A stretch of DNA of 64,000 bases from Bifidobacterium breve (lineage in GTDB: Bacteria > Actinomycetota > Actinomycetes > S36-B12 > UBA5976): NCBI GenBank assembly GCA_945866135.1, contig CAMBGF010000001.1:24805-88804 (forward strand). Direction: 5' to 3'. Below are positions 1 through 11,068 of this stretch, piece by piece. The first letter of the stretch is position 1, and the number at the start of each line of letters is the position of its first letter. The position numbers and the translations under genes are program-made. The notes beneath the pieces were generated by a model that worked only from the letters and a program-made list of their open reading frames with translations, made no database searches and was not told the origin of the DNA.

Positions 1-1
1 A

Positions 2-478
2 ATTGGCGAAGTTGGATCTGGCTTCAGTATTGCAATGAACACTTTGGACCACAGCCGAATTGCAATTGCGGCGCAAGCAGTTGGAATTGCGCAAGGCGCG
101 CTAGATTTTGCAGCTGGGTACATCAAAGAGCGAAAGCAATTCGGTAAAGCAATTGCAGACTTCCAGGGAATTCAATTTATGGTTGCTGACATGGCGATGA
201 AACTTGAAGCAGCTCGTCAACTGACTTATGCAGCAGCAGCCCGAAGTGAACGTGGCGATGCTGACTTAACATTCTTTGGCGCTGCTAGTAAGTGCTTCGC
301 ATCAGATGTTGCCATGGAAATTACAACTGATGCGGTGCAATTACTCGGTGGCTATGGTTATTCGCGCGATTATCCCGTAGAGCGAATGATGCGGGATGCA
401 AAAATTACCCAAATCTATGAAGGAACAAATCAAGTTCAGCGAATCGTAATGTCACGACACACGCTCGCATCTCGATAA
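2..478 (+). CDS. acyl-CoA dehydrogenase, C-terminal fragment (5' end lies outside the window)
   Basis: The reading frame is open from nt 2 ([16 protein letters not shown]...). It shows ACAD C-terminal motifs such as [14 protein letters not shown] and [14 protein letters not shown]. Stop codon at 476-478. Confidence 0.85.
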   Translation: MGEVGSGFSIAMNTLDHSRIAIAAQAVGIAQGALDFAAGYIKERKQFGKAIADFQGIQFMVADMAMKLEAARQLTYAAAARSERGDADLTFFGAASKCFASDVAMEITTDAVQLLGGYGYSRDYPVERMMRDAKITQIYEGTNQVQRIVMSRHTLASR

Positions 479-481
479 CAC

Positions 482-1681
482 ATGTCTAAAGCAGCGCCGG
501 ATAAACTGCGCAGAGATGCCCTTGGAATTTTGACTGCTGCAGTTGCTGCGCAATTGGCAGTCTCGGCAGCCCAACAAGGACTTCCCGCGCTTGGCCCAAT
601 TTTGGCAAGTACTTTTAATTTGACCACAGCAGGCGTTGGGTTATTGCTCGGAACCATCAGCTTAGGTACTGCCACTGCCGTTATCTTCTGGGGAAAACTC
701 GCGGACCGAATTAATGATCGGTTAGTTGCAGTACTCGGTCTGCTTGGGACAGCAACTTGCTTTGCGGTTGCAGCATTTTTTGAAACTTCCGAAGTAGCAC
801 ATTTCGCAATTATTTTTGCCGGCATCATGATGGCAGCGCCAACAGTTGCAATGACCAAAGGTTTAGCTAGAAATTTTGTTCATCTTGGAAATATCGGCTT
901 TGCGTTATCAACTCGACAAGCAGCAGTACCTGTTGGCGGGGTAATTGGAGGCTTAGTACTTACTGGGATTGCAGTTTCCTATGGGCTCAGTGCTGCGCTT
1001 TATGCGTTAGCTGCCTTAATTGTTATTGGCGGATTGTTCGTGATCTTTGCGCCGGCAGGAATCCCTGAACCACCGCGAATGAGCACCGAAAACCTGCCAC
1101 CCGTAAATTGGAAAAGACTTGCGCCAATTCTTATTGCAGCCGCATTCTTTTGCCTTACCCAACTTGGAATTGTTGCACTTTTAACGTTGTATTTAAGTTC
1201 TAGTCGGGGCTGGTCGCCAACTCATGCCGGTCAACTTTATGCATTAATGATGGCCTGCGTTATTCCACTTCGGATTCGATTGGGTGTAATTAGCGATCGT
1301 TATCCAGATAAGCGCGTAAATTTCCAGATCGTAATCGCATTACTTGGCGCAGTTTTACTTTTACTGTGCGCAGTATTGGAGCAGTACGCAATAGTTGTGC
1401 CACTTCTATTCTTGGCTGGAATTACTGCGATGGGTTGGAATGGCTTACTTTTTACTACTGCAGTAGTTGCAGTTCCATCCCAACGCGTTGGCTATACCCA
1501 AGGCGTTCTGCATAGTTTCATTTTTGCAGCTGGGGGATTGTCGCCCATAATCATGTCGCGGATTGTGCAATCTTTCAGTTGGCAGGCGGCCTGGACCGTA
1601 ATGGCGATATGCTCAGTTATGGCTGCCGTTTCATTGCGTAGATTTGATGCCAGCCCAGCAACCATTGAGGAAATAGCATGA
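482..1681 (+). CDS. MFS-type transporter
   Basis: 399-aa strongly hydrophobic multi-helix ORF that starts 3 nt after the upstream stop. Its stop overlaps the next start (ATGA). This is a family-level call only. Confidence 0.65.
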   Translation: MSKAAPDKLRRDALGILTAAVAAQLAVSAAQQGLPALGPILASTFNLTTAGVGLLLGTISLGTATAVIFWGKLADRINDRLVAVLGLLGTATCFAVAAFFETSEVAHFAIIFAGIMMAAPTVAMTKGLARNFVHLGNIGFALSTRQAAVPVGGVIGGLVLTGIAVSYGLSAALYALAALIVIGGLFVIFAPAGIPEPPRMSTENLPPVNWKRLAPILIAAAFFCLTQLGIVALLTLYLSSSRGWSPTHAGQLYALMMACVIPLRIRLGVISDRYPDKRVNFQIVIALLGAVLLLLCAVLEQYAIVVPLLFLAGITAMGWNGLLFTTAVVAVPSQRVGYTQGVLHSFIFAAGGLSPIIMSRIVQSFSWQAAWTVMAICSVMAAVSLRRFDASPATIEEIA

Positions 1682-4065
1682 CGAAGCAACGAGTAGATAC
1701 CGAATTGTTGGATGAAATCCAGCGCCGGGTGTTATGGCTTGCGGTTCGCATGGTGGACTTTGCAAACCGGGAACGCGCTGAAAAAGATGACGTAAAAGTA
1801 GGTGGTCACCAAGCATCGAGTGCCTCCCTGACTTCAATCATGACAGCGCTTTACTTCGATCACTTAGCAGGACCAGATCGAGTCAGTGTTAAGCCGCATG
1901 CCTCACCGGTATTTCACGCCATTCAATACCTGCTTGGAAATTTAGATGAAAGTTACCTAACTCGACTTCGAGAATTTGGTGGCCTGCAGTCTTACCCATC
2001 CCGCACCAAAGATCCGGATACACCAGATTTTTCAACTGGTTCTGTTGGACTAGGCGCAGCTGCGCCACTGTTTGCAGCAGCAACACGGCGTTATGTTGAT
2101 TCACATTTTGGCGAGCGACCACATTCTCGTTTTATCGCATTGATTGGCGATGCGGAATTAGATGAAGGCAATGTTTGGGAAGCAGTTGCTGATCCTGCTA
2201 CCACCGAACTTGGAAATGTTATGTGGGTTGTCGACTTTAATCGCCAGTCACTTGATCGCGTTATTCCAGGAATTCGAATAGTCCAGTGGCGGGCGCAATT
2301 TGAGGCAGCCGGTTGGCATGTAGTCGAAGTTAAGTATGGCAAGAAGTTGCACGCAAAATTCGAACAGAAATTTGGCAAGGAACTTGAATCCTGGATCGAT
2401 GCCATGGCCAATGAGCAGTACCAATCTTTATTTGGATTTCGTGGCGCAGAATTACGCGAACGTTTCTTAGATGGCGCGCCAGCGGAAGTTGGACTTTCGG
2501 TAGCAGAATTAGATGATGCGCAACTTTATGAATTAGTTACCGACTTAGGTGGTCACAACTTAGATAGTTTGCGCGATGCGTTTGATTTGTGCGACTCGGT
2601 GACAGATCGACCAAGCGTAGTTTTTGCCTACACAATTAAAGGCTGGGGATTGCCAATGGCAGGTAACCCTCGCAATCATTCAGCCTTGTTATCTGGGGAG
2701 CAAGTAGACACTTTTCGCGGCGAGCTTGGCTTAACTAGTCAAAACGAATGGTCTGCATTCGAGCCACAAAGCGCGGCTGGGGTATTGGCTGCCCAGCGCC
2801 GCAAACTTCTTCACAAACCCCTCATACATAAAGGCGTTGAACTAAATGTGCCAGCACCTGAAGTTGCCACTGGAACTAAACCGCTAAGTACGCAGGAAGC
2901 TTTTGGTCGTGTCCTAGTTGATCTTTCGCGCATCGAAGAAATCAATAAGTATTTAGTTACAACTGCGCCTGATGTTGCTACTTCAACCAATCTTGCCGGG
3001 TTCATAAATCGAAACGGAATTTATTCACCTACTGAGCGTCGGGCCTGGAATGAGGACCCGATGCTGAAGTGGGCTGAAGGTCCAACGGGACAACATATCG
3101 AACTTGGCATTAGTGAAATGAACTTGTTCCTGCTGCTTGGCCAGCTTGGATTGTCGTGGGATTTATCTGACCAACCCTTGATTCCAATTGGCACAGTTTA
3201 TGACCCATTTGTTGCTCGTGGCTTAGATGCTTTTATTTACGGAACGTACTCTGCTTCTCGTTTCATTATTGCTGGCACACCAAGTGGAGTAACCCTGGCA
3301 CCAGAAGGTGGGGCGCATCAATCGACGATCACCGCTTCCATTGGCATGGAATTGCCGGGGGTAACTTTTATTGAACCAACTTATGGCACTGCGCTTAGTT
3401 GGTTGTTGGCTGATGCAATAACTCGTGTTGCTGCTGGACCATCTGAACAAAAAACGGCGGCGCCTTACGATGATGGCGCATTCTATTTCCGGTTAACCAC
3501 AAGACCAATTGACCAAGCGCCATTTGAGGCAGCACGTAAACGTATCGGAGACGCAGTTTTGCGCCGCCAAGTAATGTCTGGTGGCTACCGATTATTTGAT
3601 GCCTTTGAACAATTCCCAGATTTACGCAACTCAGATGGCAGCGAGCGCGTGCCGATGGTGCATTTAGTTGCATCAGGGGCGGTAATGCCAGAAGTTTTGG
3701 CAGCAGCAAATGAACTTTGCAGTGAAGGTGTGGCAGCCCACGTAGTTGATGTAACGAGCGCCGATCGCTGGTATGGAGCTTGGCAACGAACTTTGCGCCA
3801 AGCTGTACGCACCGCATCTGCGCCGTCTTTGCCAGGCCCACTTTGGTCAGTTATTGGCGATCGCGCGCCGATCGTTACGATTCAAGATGCCTCAAGCCAC
3901 GCCATGGCTTGGATGGGTTCGGCCATTGGTGTGCCATGCGTGTCACTAGGCGTGGACTCATTTGGTCAATCTGGAACCATCAAGGATTTGTACAACATAA
4001 ATGATCTGTCGTCCGGTGCGATCGTTAATGCAGCTCTTGCTTCGCTAGCGCTTGATAATCGATGA
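1678..4065 (+). CDS. ThDP-dependent AceE-like (homodimeric-type) 2-oxoacid dehydrogenase E1 / transketolase-superfamily enzyme
   Basis: 795-aa ORF with VGGHQASSASL, a ThDP-Mg motif region (GDAELDEGNVWEA...NVMWVVDFNRQSLD) and TLAPEGGAHQS. It has ATGA overlaps with both flanking transporter genes. Confidence 0.65.
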   Translation: MTKQRVDTELLDEIQRRVLWLAVRMVDFANRERAEKDDVKVGGHQASSASLTSIMTALYFDHLAGPDRVSVKPHASPVFHAIQYLLGNLDESYLTRLREFGGLQSYPSRTKDPDTPDFSTGSVGLGAAAPLFAAATRRYVDSHFGERPHSRFIALIGDAELDEGNVWEAVADPATTELGNVMWVVDFNRQSLDRVIPGIRIVQWRAQFEAAGWHVVEVKYGKKLHAKFEQKFGKELESWIDAMANEQYQSLFGFRGAELRERFLDGAPAEVGLSVAELDDAQLYELVTDLGGHNLDSLRDAFDLCDSVTDRPSVVFAYTIKGWGLPMAGNPRNHSALLSGEQVDTFRGELGLTSQNEWSAFEPQSAAGVLAAQRRKLLHKPLIHKGVELNVPAPEVATGTKPLSTQEAFGRVLVDLSRIEEINKYLVTTAPDVATSTNLAGFINRNGIYSPTERRAWNEDPMLKWAEGPTGQHIELGISEMNLFLLLGQLGLSWDLSDQPLIPIGTVYDPFVARGLDAFIYGTYSASRFIIAGTPSGVTLAPEGGAHQSTITASIGMELPGVTFIEPTYGTALSWLLADAITRVAAGPSEQKTAAPYDDGAFYFRLTTRPIDQAPFEAARKRIGDAVLRRQVMSGGYRLFDAFEQFPDLRNSDGSERVPMVHLVASGAVMPEVLAAANELCSEGVAAHVVDVTSADRWYGAWQRTLRQAVRTASAPSLPGPLWSVIGDRAPIVTIQDASSHAMAWMGSAIGVPCVSLGVDSFGQSGTIKDLYNINDLSSGAIVNAALASLALDNR

Positions 4066-4970
4066 CAAATCTGACAACACCAACAAAGTCACACACTGCA
4101 CTTTTCATAACAGTCTCAGTTCTCTTTGGTGGCAATTACATGTGGGCGCATTTTGCCTTACAGTCGTTTTCAGCACTTGAAGTGGCCTGGGGTCGAACCG
4201 TACTGGCGGCAGCGACTCTGGCTGTGGTAGTTCTGGTCACCAAGGATCATTACCCGCGCGGTAAAGAAATTTGGATCAAGTTAAACGTTGCAGCATTGCT
4301 ATTTAACACAGTTTCTTTTGTTGGCATGGCAACTGCGGTAAGTCGAATCACTACTGTTCAAGTGAGTATCTGGAATGCACTAGTGCCGTTGGTGACCCTT
4401 GGTTTTGTGCTGGTATTTATTCCAGAAGAAAACCCAACTTGGCGCCGAATAACTGGTTTGAGCATGGGTTTCTTAGGGGCCTTGTTCATTGCTCACCCTT
4501 GGTCAGGCCTTGGTGATTTTGACGCATTAGGTACTGGAGCAATCATGGTCGGAACTACGAGCTATGCAGCAGGACTTGTGTATGCCCGGCGAAACTTTGC
4601 CAATGTTAGCGATACACCAGCATCAATTGCTGCTGGCCAAATGCTTTGTGCGTCAATTCATTTCACTTTAATCTTGCCTTGGTTTGTAACCATTACAACT
4701 GATGCCTCAACGATTTCCATCGTCTCAATGTTGATTCTCGGGATTGTTGGTACGGGCATCACCTACATCATGATTCAAACTTTAATTAAGCAATCCGGCG
4801 CAGGTGTTGCCAGTGACACTACTTATGTGATTTTGTTTGTGGCAATTGTGCTGGGCATAGTTGTGCTGGGCGAGGAATTGAACGTCTGGCAGATTATTGG
4901 TTCAGGCTTTATTCTGATCGGGCTTGTGATAATTAATCGCAAAGAAAAAACCTCTGTAATCACGCCTTAG
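4062..4970 (+). CDS. EamA/DMT-family transporter
   Basis: 302-aa ORF with about 10 hydrophobic helices arranged in the two-repeat pattern typical of EamA proteins. Confidence 0.7.
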   Translation: MTNLTTPTKSHTALFITVSVLFGGNYMWAHFALQSFSALEVAWGRTVLAAATLAVVVLVTKDHYPRGKEIWIKLNVAALLFNTVSFVGMATAVSRITTVQVSIWNALVPLVTLGFVLVFIPEENPTWRRITGLSMGFLGALFIAHPWSGLGDFDALGTGAIMVGTTSYAAGLVYARRNFANVSDTPASIAAGQMLCASIHFTLILPWFVTITTDASTISIVSMLILGIVGTGITYIMIQTLIKQSGAGVASDTTYVILFVAIVLGIVVLGEELNVWQIIGSGFILIGLVIINRKEKTSVITP

Positions 4971-4988
4971 TGGCTACGGAGGTTTTTC
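4945..4988. terminator. putative bidirectional rho-independent terminator between convergent genes
   Basis: A6 run, then stem AACCTCTGTA (4949-4958), a 16-nt loop, stem TACGGAGGTT (4975-4984), then T5. The 10-bp stem has one G-U pair. Confidence 0.45.
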
Positions 4989-4995
4989 GTTAGTT

Positions 4996-6642
4996 CTAGT
5001 TCTTAAACCAATCAACATATTCTGGCGCTAGTGGAGTCTTTTCCTGAATCAAATCTGCTGCGCGTTCGGCAACCATCATGGTTGGGGCATAGAGATTTGC
5101 ATTTGTTACGTATGGAAATACTGATGCATCAACCACGTATAAGCCTTCAACACCATGAACCTTCATAGTGTTTGGATCTACTACGCTCATTTCATCGGTG
5201 CCCATTTTCGCAGTGCATGATGGGTGGTAGGCAGTCTCGGCATCTTTAGCTACCCATTCAAGAATTTCCTCTGGTGTTTGCACGCTTGGGCCAGGGGAGA
5301 GTTCACCGTCACTGTATTTATCAAATGCGGACTGCGCCAAGATGTTTCGCGTAACTTGAATGGCTTCTACCCATTCGCGCCGGTCCTGTTCAGTTGAAAG
5401 GTAATTAAACAAGATCGAAGGTTTAGCCATCGGATCAGCACTTTTTATTTCAATTCGTCCGCGAGCATCCGAATACATCGGCCCAACATGAACTTGGTAT
5501 CCGTGTCCTTGCTCAATTCCAGTTCCGTCATAACGCACTGCAATCGGCAAAAAGTGATACATCAAGTTTGGGTACTTAACCGTGTCGTTAGAACGAGCAA
5601 AGCCGCCACCTTCAAAGTGATTTGTCGCGCCCGGCCCCTTACGCGCGAATAACCAGGCAGCCCCAATGAATGGTCGCTTCCAAATCTTAAGATTTGGGTT
5701 CATGGTTATTGGCAGTTTGCAGGCATGCTGGATGTAAACCTCGAGGTGATCCTGCAAGTTTTGTCCAACACCTGGCAAATCTTTTACAACGGCAATGCCA
5801 TGCTTCTTCAAAAGTTCCGCTGGACCGATTCCAGAAAGCTGAAGTACTTGCGGGGTATTAATTGCGCCACCACAAAGAATCACATTCTTGGCTCGATACT
5901 CCGTTATTTTCTTGCCACGTTGAGCAACTACCCCAACAGCTTTATCGCCTTCGAAAATAACTCGGTGCACTTGATGACGAGTCTGAATTGTTAGATTTTT
6001 ACGACTCATTACAGGATGCAGGTACGCCGTTGCAGAAGACCAGCGTCGACCGTTTTTTACGTTCTTATCAAAAGGTCCAAAGCCCTCTTGGCTGTAACCA
6101 TTGACATCAGCAGTGCGCTTGAATCCAGCAGATTCGGCAGCGTCAAAGAAAGCTTTAAAAAGTGGATTCTTTGCTGGTCCTTTTTCTAAATAAAGTGGGC
6201 CGTCATGGCCACGGTAAACCTTGTCATTTGGAACGCCAGTCGCATTTTCCATTTTCTTAAAGTAAGGCAGGCAGTGCGCGAAGTCCCAGTTCGCCATACC
6301 TTTATCGCTAGCCCAACGCTGGTAATCAAGGGGGTTACCGCGCTGGAAAATCATGCCATTTATGGAACCTGACCCGCCAAGTATTTTGCCGCGGCCCTGG
6401 AATACCCGGCGGCCATTCATGTGTGGTTCAGGATCAGTTTCATACAACCAGTCATAGAACTTATTACCAATTGGAAATGTCAGTGCAGCTGGCATTTGGA
6501 TGTAAACATCCCACCACGAGTCTTTGCGACCCGCTTCCAGAACTAGAACTTCGTTATCTGGATTTTCGGAAAGTCGATTGCCAAGTACTGAGCCAGCAGA
6601 ACCGCCGCCAATTATTAAATAGTCATATTCCTTTGTTTCCAT
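4996..6642 (-). CDS. betA: GMC-family choline dehydrogenase
   Basis: 548 aa. N-terminal FAD fold [24 protein letters not shown] signature [14 protein letters not shown], and C-terminal HPSCTAKMG. It lies in a betaine catabolic context. Confidence 0.85.
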   Translation of the reverse strand: METKEYDYLIIGGGSAGSVLGNRLSENPDNEVLVLEAGRKDSWWDVYIQMPAALTFPIGNKFYDWLYETDPEPHMNGRRVFQGRGKILGGSGSINGMIFQRGNPLDYQRWASDKGMANWDFAHCLPYFKKMENATGVPNDKVYRGHDGPLYLEKGPAKNPLFKAFFDAAESAGFKRTADVNGYSQEGFGPFDKNVKNGRRWSSATAYLHPVMSRKNLTIQTRHQVHRVIFEGDKAVGVVAQRGKKITEYRAKNVILCGGAINTPQVLQLSGIGPAELLKKHGIAVVKDLPGVGQNLQDHLEVYIQHACKLPITMNPNLKIWKRPFIGAAWLFARKGPGATNHFEGGGFARSNDTVKYPNLMYHFLPIAVRYDGTGIEQGHGYQVHVGPMYSDARGRIEIKSADPMAKPSILFNYLSTEQDRREWVEAIQVTRNILAQSAFDKYSDGELSPGPSVQTPEEILEWVAKDAETAYHPSCTAKMGTDEMSVVDPNTMKVHGVEGLYVVDASVFPYVTNANLYAPTMMVAERAADLIQEKTPLAPEYVDWFKN

Positions 6643-7490
6643 TACAGATTTCCTTCAGCAGTATCTACCACGTTTGCTAACAACATGGCGCGAGTCATCG
6701 GTCCAGTGCCACCTGGCATTGGCGCGATCCAGCCAGCAACTTGTGCGCAGGCAGGATCTATATCGCCAAGTAATCCAGCATCGGTTCGAGTAATACCGAC
6801 ATCAACTAGGGCAGCACCGGATTTGATCATGCTGGGCTTAATAAAATGTGGCACTCCTGCGGCCGCAACCACGATGTCAGCACGTTTAATGTGCGCCGCC
6901 ATATCTTTAGTTCCAGTGTGGCAAAGCGTGACAGTTGCATTCTCACTGCGCCGAGTGAGCAACAGGCCAAGTGGGCGACCAACGGTTACACCACGACCAA
7001 TAATGCAAACTTCGGCGCCATCAATATTTACGCCGAAGGCGCGAAGCAATTCAACAATTCCGCGAGGTGTGCAGGGAAGGGGCGCTGGTTCACCGAGTAC
7101 TAACCGACCTAAGTTAGTCGGATGAAGTCCATCAGCATCTTTTCGCGGATCAATGGCTTCGAGCGCCGCATTGGAATCGAGTCCTTTTGGTAATGGCAAC
7201 TGCACAATGTAGCCAGTGCAGGCAGGGTCAGCATTCAATCGCGCAATCGCAGCCATTACATCTTGCTGAGTTGCGGTAGCAGGTAGGTCTTCACGCACTG
7301 ATGTGATGCCAACTTCATGGCAGTCTTTGTGCTTGCCACCGACATATGAATGTGATCCTGGGTCATTGCCAACCAAGATCGTGCCAAGACCTGGATAAAT
7401 ACCCTTTGCGTGCAGCGCAGTTACGCGAGTGGCAAGGCCCTCCTTTACTTTTGCAGCAGTGGCGATTCCATCAAGAATTACGGCAGACAC
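6642..7490 (-). CDS. folD: bifunctional 5,10-methylene-H4F dehydrogenase / methenyl-H4F cyclohydrolase
   Basis: 282 aa with the motifs [28 protein letters not shown] and [10 protein letters not shown]. Confidence 0.95.
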   Translation of the reverse strand: MSAVILDGIATAAKVKEGLATRVTALHAKGIYPGLGTILVGNDPGSHSYVGGKHKDCHEVGITSVREDLPATATQQDVMAAIARLNADPACTGYIVQLPLPKGLDSNAALEAIDPRKDADGLHPTNLGRLVLGEPAPLPCTPRGIVELLRAFGVNIDGAEVCIIGRGVTVGRPLGLLLTRRSENATVTLCHTGTKDMAAHIKRADIVVAAAGVPHFIKPSMIKSGAALVDVGITRTDAGLLGDIDPACAQVAGWIAPMPGGTGPMTRAMLLANVVDTAEGNL

Positions 7491-7513
7491 TATTCCTACT
7501 TCCGAGTAAGTAA

Positions 7514-8119
7514 TTAGAGGTATTCAACAGTTGAATCAGCTAGAACATCCCACAGATGCGTTGCAAATGATGAGCGAACAAAAATTAGATAGCAATTTTC
7601 GCAGCAATGCCAAAGAATAACTGGAGATTTCGCCATCAAGCCTTGAGTGCAAGCGTCGATTGGAAACTTAGCGTCCCGCAAATCCTGTTCCCAAACATGG
7701 CCCAGAATCTCTTTAACTTTCGGGCCATAGATTTCTAGTTTGGTGCGTTGGGCACTGACATCTACAACTGAAATATGATGCACGTTTTGCACTGGCTTTA
7801 GCAACGACTCAATGTCAGCAGTGCCGGTTAATAGCCACCAGTCAGGACCTAGGCACAGTGCACTAATTCCATGGGATTCTGGTTGCTGATCTTGGCTGAC
7901 TATGCAATCGGCGTTCTTTCGTACCACTGATCCAACTTGCGGATTCAGTGTCAATCCAAGTGCTTGGTTGACCGCCGCAAAAGCTGGCGAACTTGGATCC
8001 ACGCGCAAGTCAATGCCAGGAGTGTATGGAACTTCAGCTATGTAGATGCCTTTGTCTAATCCACCGTGCACTGCGCCACCGAGTGGGCTAGTTGCTTTGG
8101 CGCTGTTTACCTTAACCAT
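7514..8119 (-). CDS. soxG: sarcosine oxidase gamma subunit
   Basis: Called from its position after soxA and its size of about 200 aa. I chose the ATG at 8119 (MVKVNS...), which has AAGGAG 13 nt upstream and overlaps the soxA stop (ATGGTTAA). The track ORF extends to 8146. Confidence 0.7.
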   Translation of the reverse strand: MVKVNSAKATSPLGGAVHGGLDKGIYIAEVPYTPGIDLRVDPSSPAFAAVNQALGLTLNPQVGSVVRKNADCIVSQDQQPESHGISALCLGPDWWLLTGTADIESLLKPVQNVHHISVVDVSAQRTKLEIYGPKVKEILGHVWEQDLRDAKFPIDACTQGLMAKSPVILWHCCENCYLIFVRSSFATHLWDVLADSTVEYL

Positions 8120-10784
8120 CTCGACGCACGTTCTCCTTATCGACAAAAATTGGTTCTGTGATCACAGCAGTTTCATTGCCAATTGCAACGCGTTCGCCAA
8201 TGCGAGCCCGCCCATTGTGTACCAGTGCCAGTGCAAATGATCGATTAAGTTCACCTGAGAAATAGGAACTTGTTACATATCCAATGTGCGGAATCGGTGG
8301 CGTAGCTCCCTTATGTTGAACCTCTGCAAAGTATGAGCCTTCTGGAATTACGTATTCCCAAGTCTCCGGCAACAAGCCCACCAACTGATGTCGATCTGAT
8401 CGACTGGTGTCAGCGCGATTGAACGAGCGCTTTCCAATGAAGTCATCCTTCTTTTTGGACACAATCCAATCCATGTCAAGATCTTGTGGAGTTTGGGTTC
8501 CGTCGGTTTCTTGGCCAACAATTACGAAGCCTTTTTCAGCCCGAAGTACGTGCAAGGATTCTGTGCCGTATGGCGTCACGTCCAGCGCAGCACCTAATTC
8601 CATAACCTTGTTCCAGAGCTCTAGGCCGTACCATGCGCAGACATTTATCTCGTATGCAAGTTCGCCTGAGAAAGATATTCGAGCTATGCGGGCTGGAATT
8701 CCAGCAACATCGCCATACTTGTTCTCCATGAATGCAAAGCCTTCTTTGGATACCTCGAGGCTAGGTGACAACAGCGCTAGCAGTTCACGACTCTTTGGCC
8801 CAACTATGGCAACAGTTGCAATTTGTTCCGTTACTGATGTGCAAAATACTTCAAGGTGTGGCCATTCAGTCTGCAACCATTCTTCGAGCCAGTCCATAAC
8901 TTTTGCAGCTCCACCAGTGGTTGTTGTCATCAGCCAATGATTTTCGCCAAGTCTCGTTGTTACGCCATCGTCAAAGACCATGCCATCGACACCGCACATT
9001 AAGCCGTATCTACTCATGCCAACTTTGAGAGTCGAGAACATGTTGGTGTAAACCTGATCTAGGAAAGCACCCGCATCTTTTCCTTGAATATCAATTTTGC
9101 CCAAAGTGCTGGCATCCATAACAGCTACGCCGTTACGCGCAGCTCGACATTCCCGCAAAACTGCAGAATGTAGATCCTCGCCCGGCTTTGGAAAAAACCA
9201 AGGACGCTTCCATTGCCCGACATCTTCCATCGGAGCGCCGGCAGCAACATGCCATGGGTGTATTGATGTAGTGCGAATTGGTTCGGTATGTAATCCACGT
9301 TCTCGGCCAGCCAGCGCTGCAAAGGGGACAGCAATGTACGGTGGGCGAAAGGTTAGCGAACCAATTTCATCAGGTTCTAATCCAACTAGATTGCCAATCA
9401 GGCCCATAGTTAGCGTGCCGCTAGTTTTACCCTGATCGTGCGCGGTACCAATTGCGGTGTAACGCTTAACATGTTCAATACTGATCATGCCAGCGCCAAC
9501 TGCACGACGAAGATCGCGCAAGGTTGCATCACGCTGATGATCTACATAGGCGACTAAGCCTTGCGTATCGTCAAGTTTGGGACCAAAGAAGACGGCTGGT
9601 TCATATTCTTCAAAATCCCCAGCCAACATGCCAACCGTGCTGATGCTCTTAACTTTTGAGCGCACAATGAACGCTGCTCGTTTTTTGCTCCAAGTTGGTT
9701 TGATTCCGATGTAGGTAGCTAAGTGAACTGTTGGAGTCCAGCCACCTGAAATTGCAAGTAAGTCAGTAGAAATCGTCTCTCTTAATCCAGACTTAGGATC
9801 ATTGATGACAACGCTGGAAAGAATTCCATCCAAAGTGCCATTGGTATCAAGTGCGGTGGCACCTTTTATGATTCGAATTCCAAGTTTCGCAGCTGGTTTG
9901 CGAGCAGATTTATTACTGGCCTTGGATAACTTCTTTCGGACATCAACAATTGCAAGAACTCGAACCCCAGATTTGTGCAATCGGATTGCATCGGTGTAGC
10001 CCTGATTATCTACCGTGATAACGACAGCAGTCTTGAACATTGTTACGCCACGTTCGACATAAGTAGCGCCAGCATGGGAAAGCATGATCCCTGGACGATC
10101 GTTGTTTGCAAAAACAAGCGGTCTTTGGAAAGCACCAGTTGCCAGGACAGTGTGTTCAGCGCGAACGTGCCAAGTGCGAATTCTGGCAACATCCGTTGAA
10201 ACTTTGCTGTTGATGTGATCAGTCCGGCGTTCTACTGCAACGGCATAACCTTGGTCATAAGTTCCAATTACTGTGGTGCGCTGCAGGTGCAGAACATTTT
10301 TGCGGGTGAGGGCAGAGAGCAGTTCAGGAGGAATTGTCTCACCACATTGTTGGGCGTGACCGCCAACTTCAGGTTTGTCATCCATGATAATTACGGTCTT
10401 GCCTTGATCGGCGTATTTTTTCGCTTCGGCTAAACCAGCTAACCCGGCACCCACCACTAAAACATCCGCATACCGATAAGCCCGGTCGTACCGAGAAAGA
10501 TCACGAGTATCTGGCAAGTCACCAATTCCTGAAAGACTGCGCGCCACAAGGCCGTCAGTAATTTCAACCGTCGTTGCTTGCACCATAGGTTCACCAGCAC
10601 CTGAATCAATGTTTACTAGAGCATTTGGTTCATCAATCCAAAGACTCATGATTCCACGTGGTCGGTCTCTGTAGGTACTGTCAGTGAAATGCAATACGCC
10701 ATTTCGTAATAGGGCAGTCGCTAGTGAATCACCAGCTTGGCCAACGTAATCGACTCCATCAAACTTGAAAGTTACATTGCTCAT
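8112..10784 (-). CDS. soxA: sarcosine oxidase alpha subunit
   Basis: 890 aa with an N-terminal 2Fe-2S-like fold, the dinucleotide fold DVLVVGAGLAGLAEA, and a C-terminal GcvT/H4F-binding domain. Confidence 0.9.
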   Translation of the reverse strand: MSNVTFKFDGVDYVGQAGDSLATALLRNGVLHFTDSTYRDRPRGIMSLWIDEPNALVNIDSGAGEPMVQATTVEITDGLVARSLSGIGDLPDTRDLSRYDRAYRYADVLVVGAGLAGLAEAKKYADQGKTVIIMDDKPEVGGHAQQCGETIPPELLSALTRKNVLHLQRTTVIGTYDQGYAVAVERRTDHINSKVSTDVARIRTWHVRAEHTVLATGAFQRPLVFANNDRPGIMLSHAGATYVERGVTMFKTAVVITVDNQGYTDAIRLHKSGVRVLAIVDVRKKLSKASNKSARKPAAKLGIRIIKGATALDTNGTLDGILSSVVINDPKSGLRETISTDLLAISGGWTPTVHLATYIGIKPTWSKKRAAFIVRSKVKSISTVGMLAGDFEEYEPAVFFGPKLDDTQGLVAYVDHQRDATLRDLRRAVGAGMISIEHVKRYTAIGTAHDQGKTSGTLTMGLIGNLVGLEPDEIGSLTFRPPYIAVPFAALAGRERGLHTEPIRTTSIHPWHVAAGAPMEDVGQWKRPWFFPKPGEDLHSAVLRECRAARNGVAVMDASTLGKIDIQGKDAGAFLDQVYTNMFSTLKVGMSRYGLMCGVDGMVFDDGVTTRLGENHWLMTTTTGGAAKVMDWLEEWLQTEWPHLEVFCTSVTEQIATVAIVGPKSRELLALLSPSLEVSKEGFAFMENKYGDVAGIPARIARISFSGELAYEINVCAWYGLELWNKVMELGAALDVTPYGTESLHVLRAEKGFVIVGQETDGTQTPQDLDMDWIVSKKKDDFIGKRSFNRADTSRSDRHQLVGLLPETWEYVIPEGSYFAEVQHKGATPPIPHIGYVTSSYFSGELNRSFALALVHNGRARIGERVAIGNETAVITEPIFVDKENVRRDG

Positions 10785-11059
10785 ACTGGTCTCTTTGGTT
10801 GCTCGGTAAATGGTTTATACGTCGGGCCAAATTCGTGAGTTATGGTGTTGCGCCAAACGTTAAACCAGCGTCGACATCCAGCAGAATGCACCCAACGCTC
10901 GGCATGCCAGCCCTTTGGATTTTCTCTAATAAAGACAAACTTCGACCATTCTTCATCAGTCGCGCTTGCCGGATCTGGATAAAAGATATTTGCGCCAGCG
11001 CCGTAGTGAAATTCAGTTTCATCACGTGGGCCGCAGTAAGGGCATGGAATGTGTAACAT
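10781..11059 (-). CDS. soxD: sarcosine oxidase delta subunit
   Basis: 92 aa starting MLHIPCPYCGPRDETEFHYGG, with the zinc-binding Cys/His pattern typical of SoxD. Confidence 0.9.
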   Translation of the reverse strand: MLHIPCPYCGPRDETEFHYGAGANIFYPDPASATDEEWSKFVFIRENPKGWHAERWVHSAGCRRWFNVWRNTITHEFGPTYKPFTEQPKRPV

Positions 11060-11068
11060 TTCAGACTC

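Noticed and set aside
6685-7125. 146-aa plus-strand ORF (and 6846..7103) inside folD
   Set aside because: It is antisense to a strongly supported folD gene. Its Pro/Ala/Ser/Arg-rich low-complexity translation is typical of shadow ORFs, and it has no recognisable motif.
8407-8940. 177-aa plus-strand ORF inside soxA, with many similar 60-150-aa ORFs antisense to dmgO, opuAB, betB, fdsA, pepN and clpX
   Set aside because: All lie opposite long, motif-supported genes and have biased, motif-free translations. I treat them as antisense shadows.
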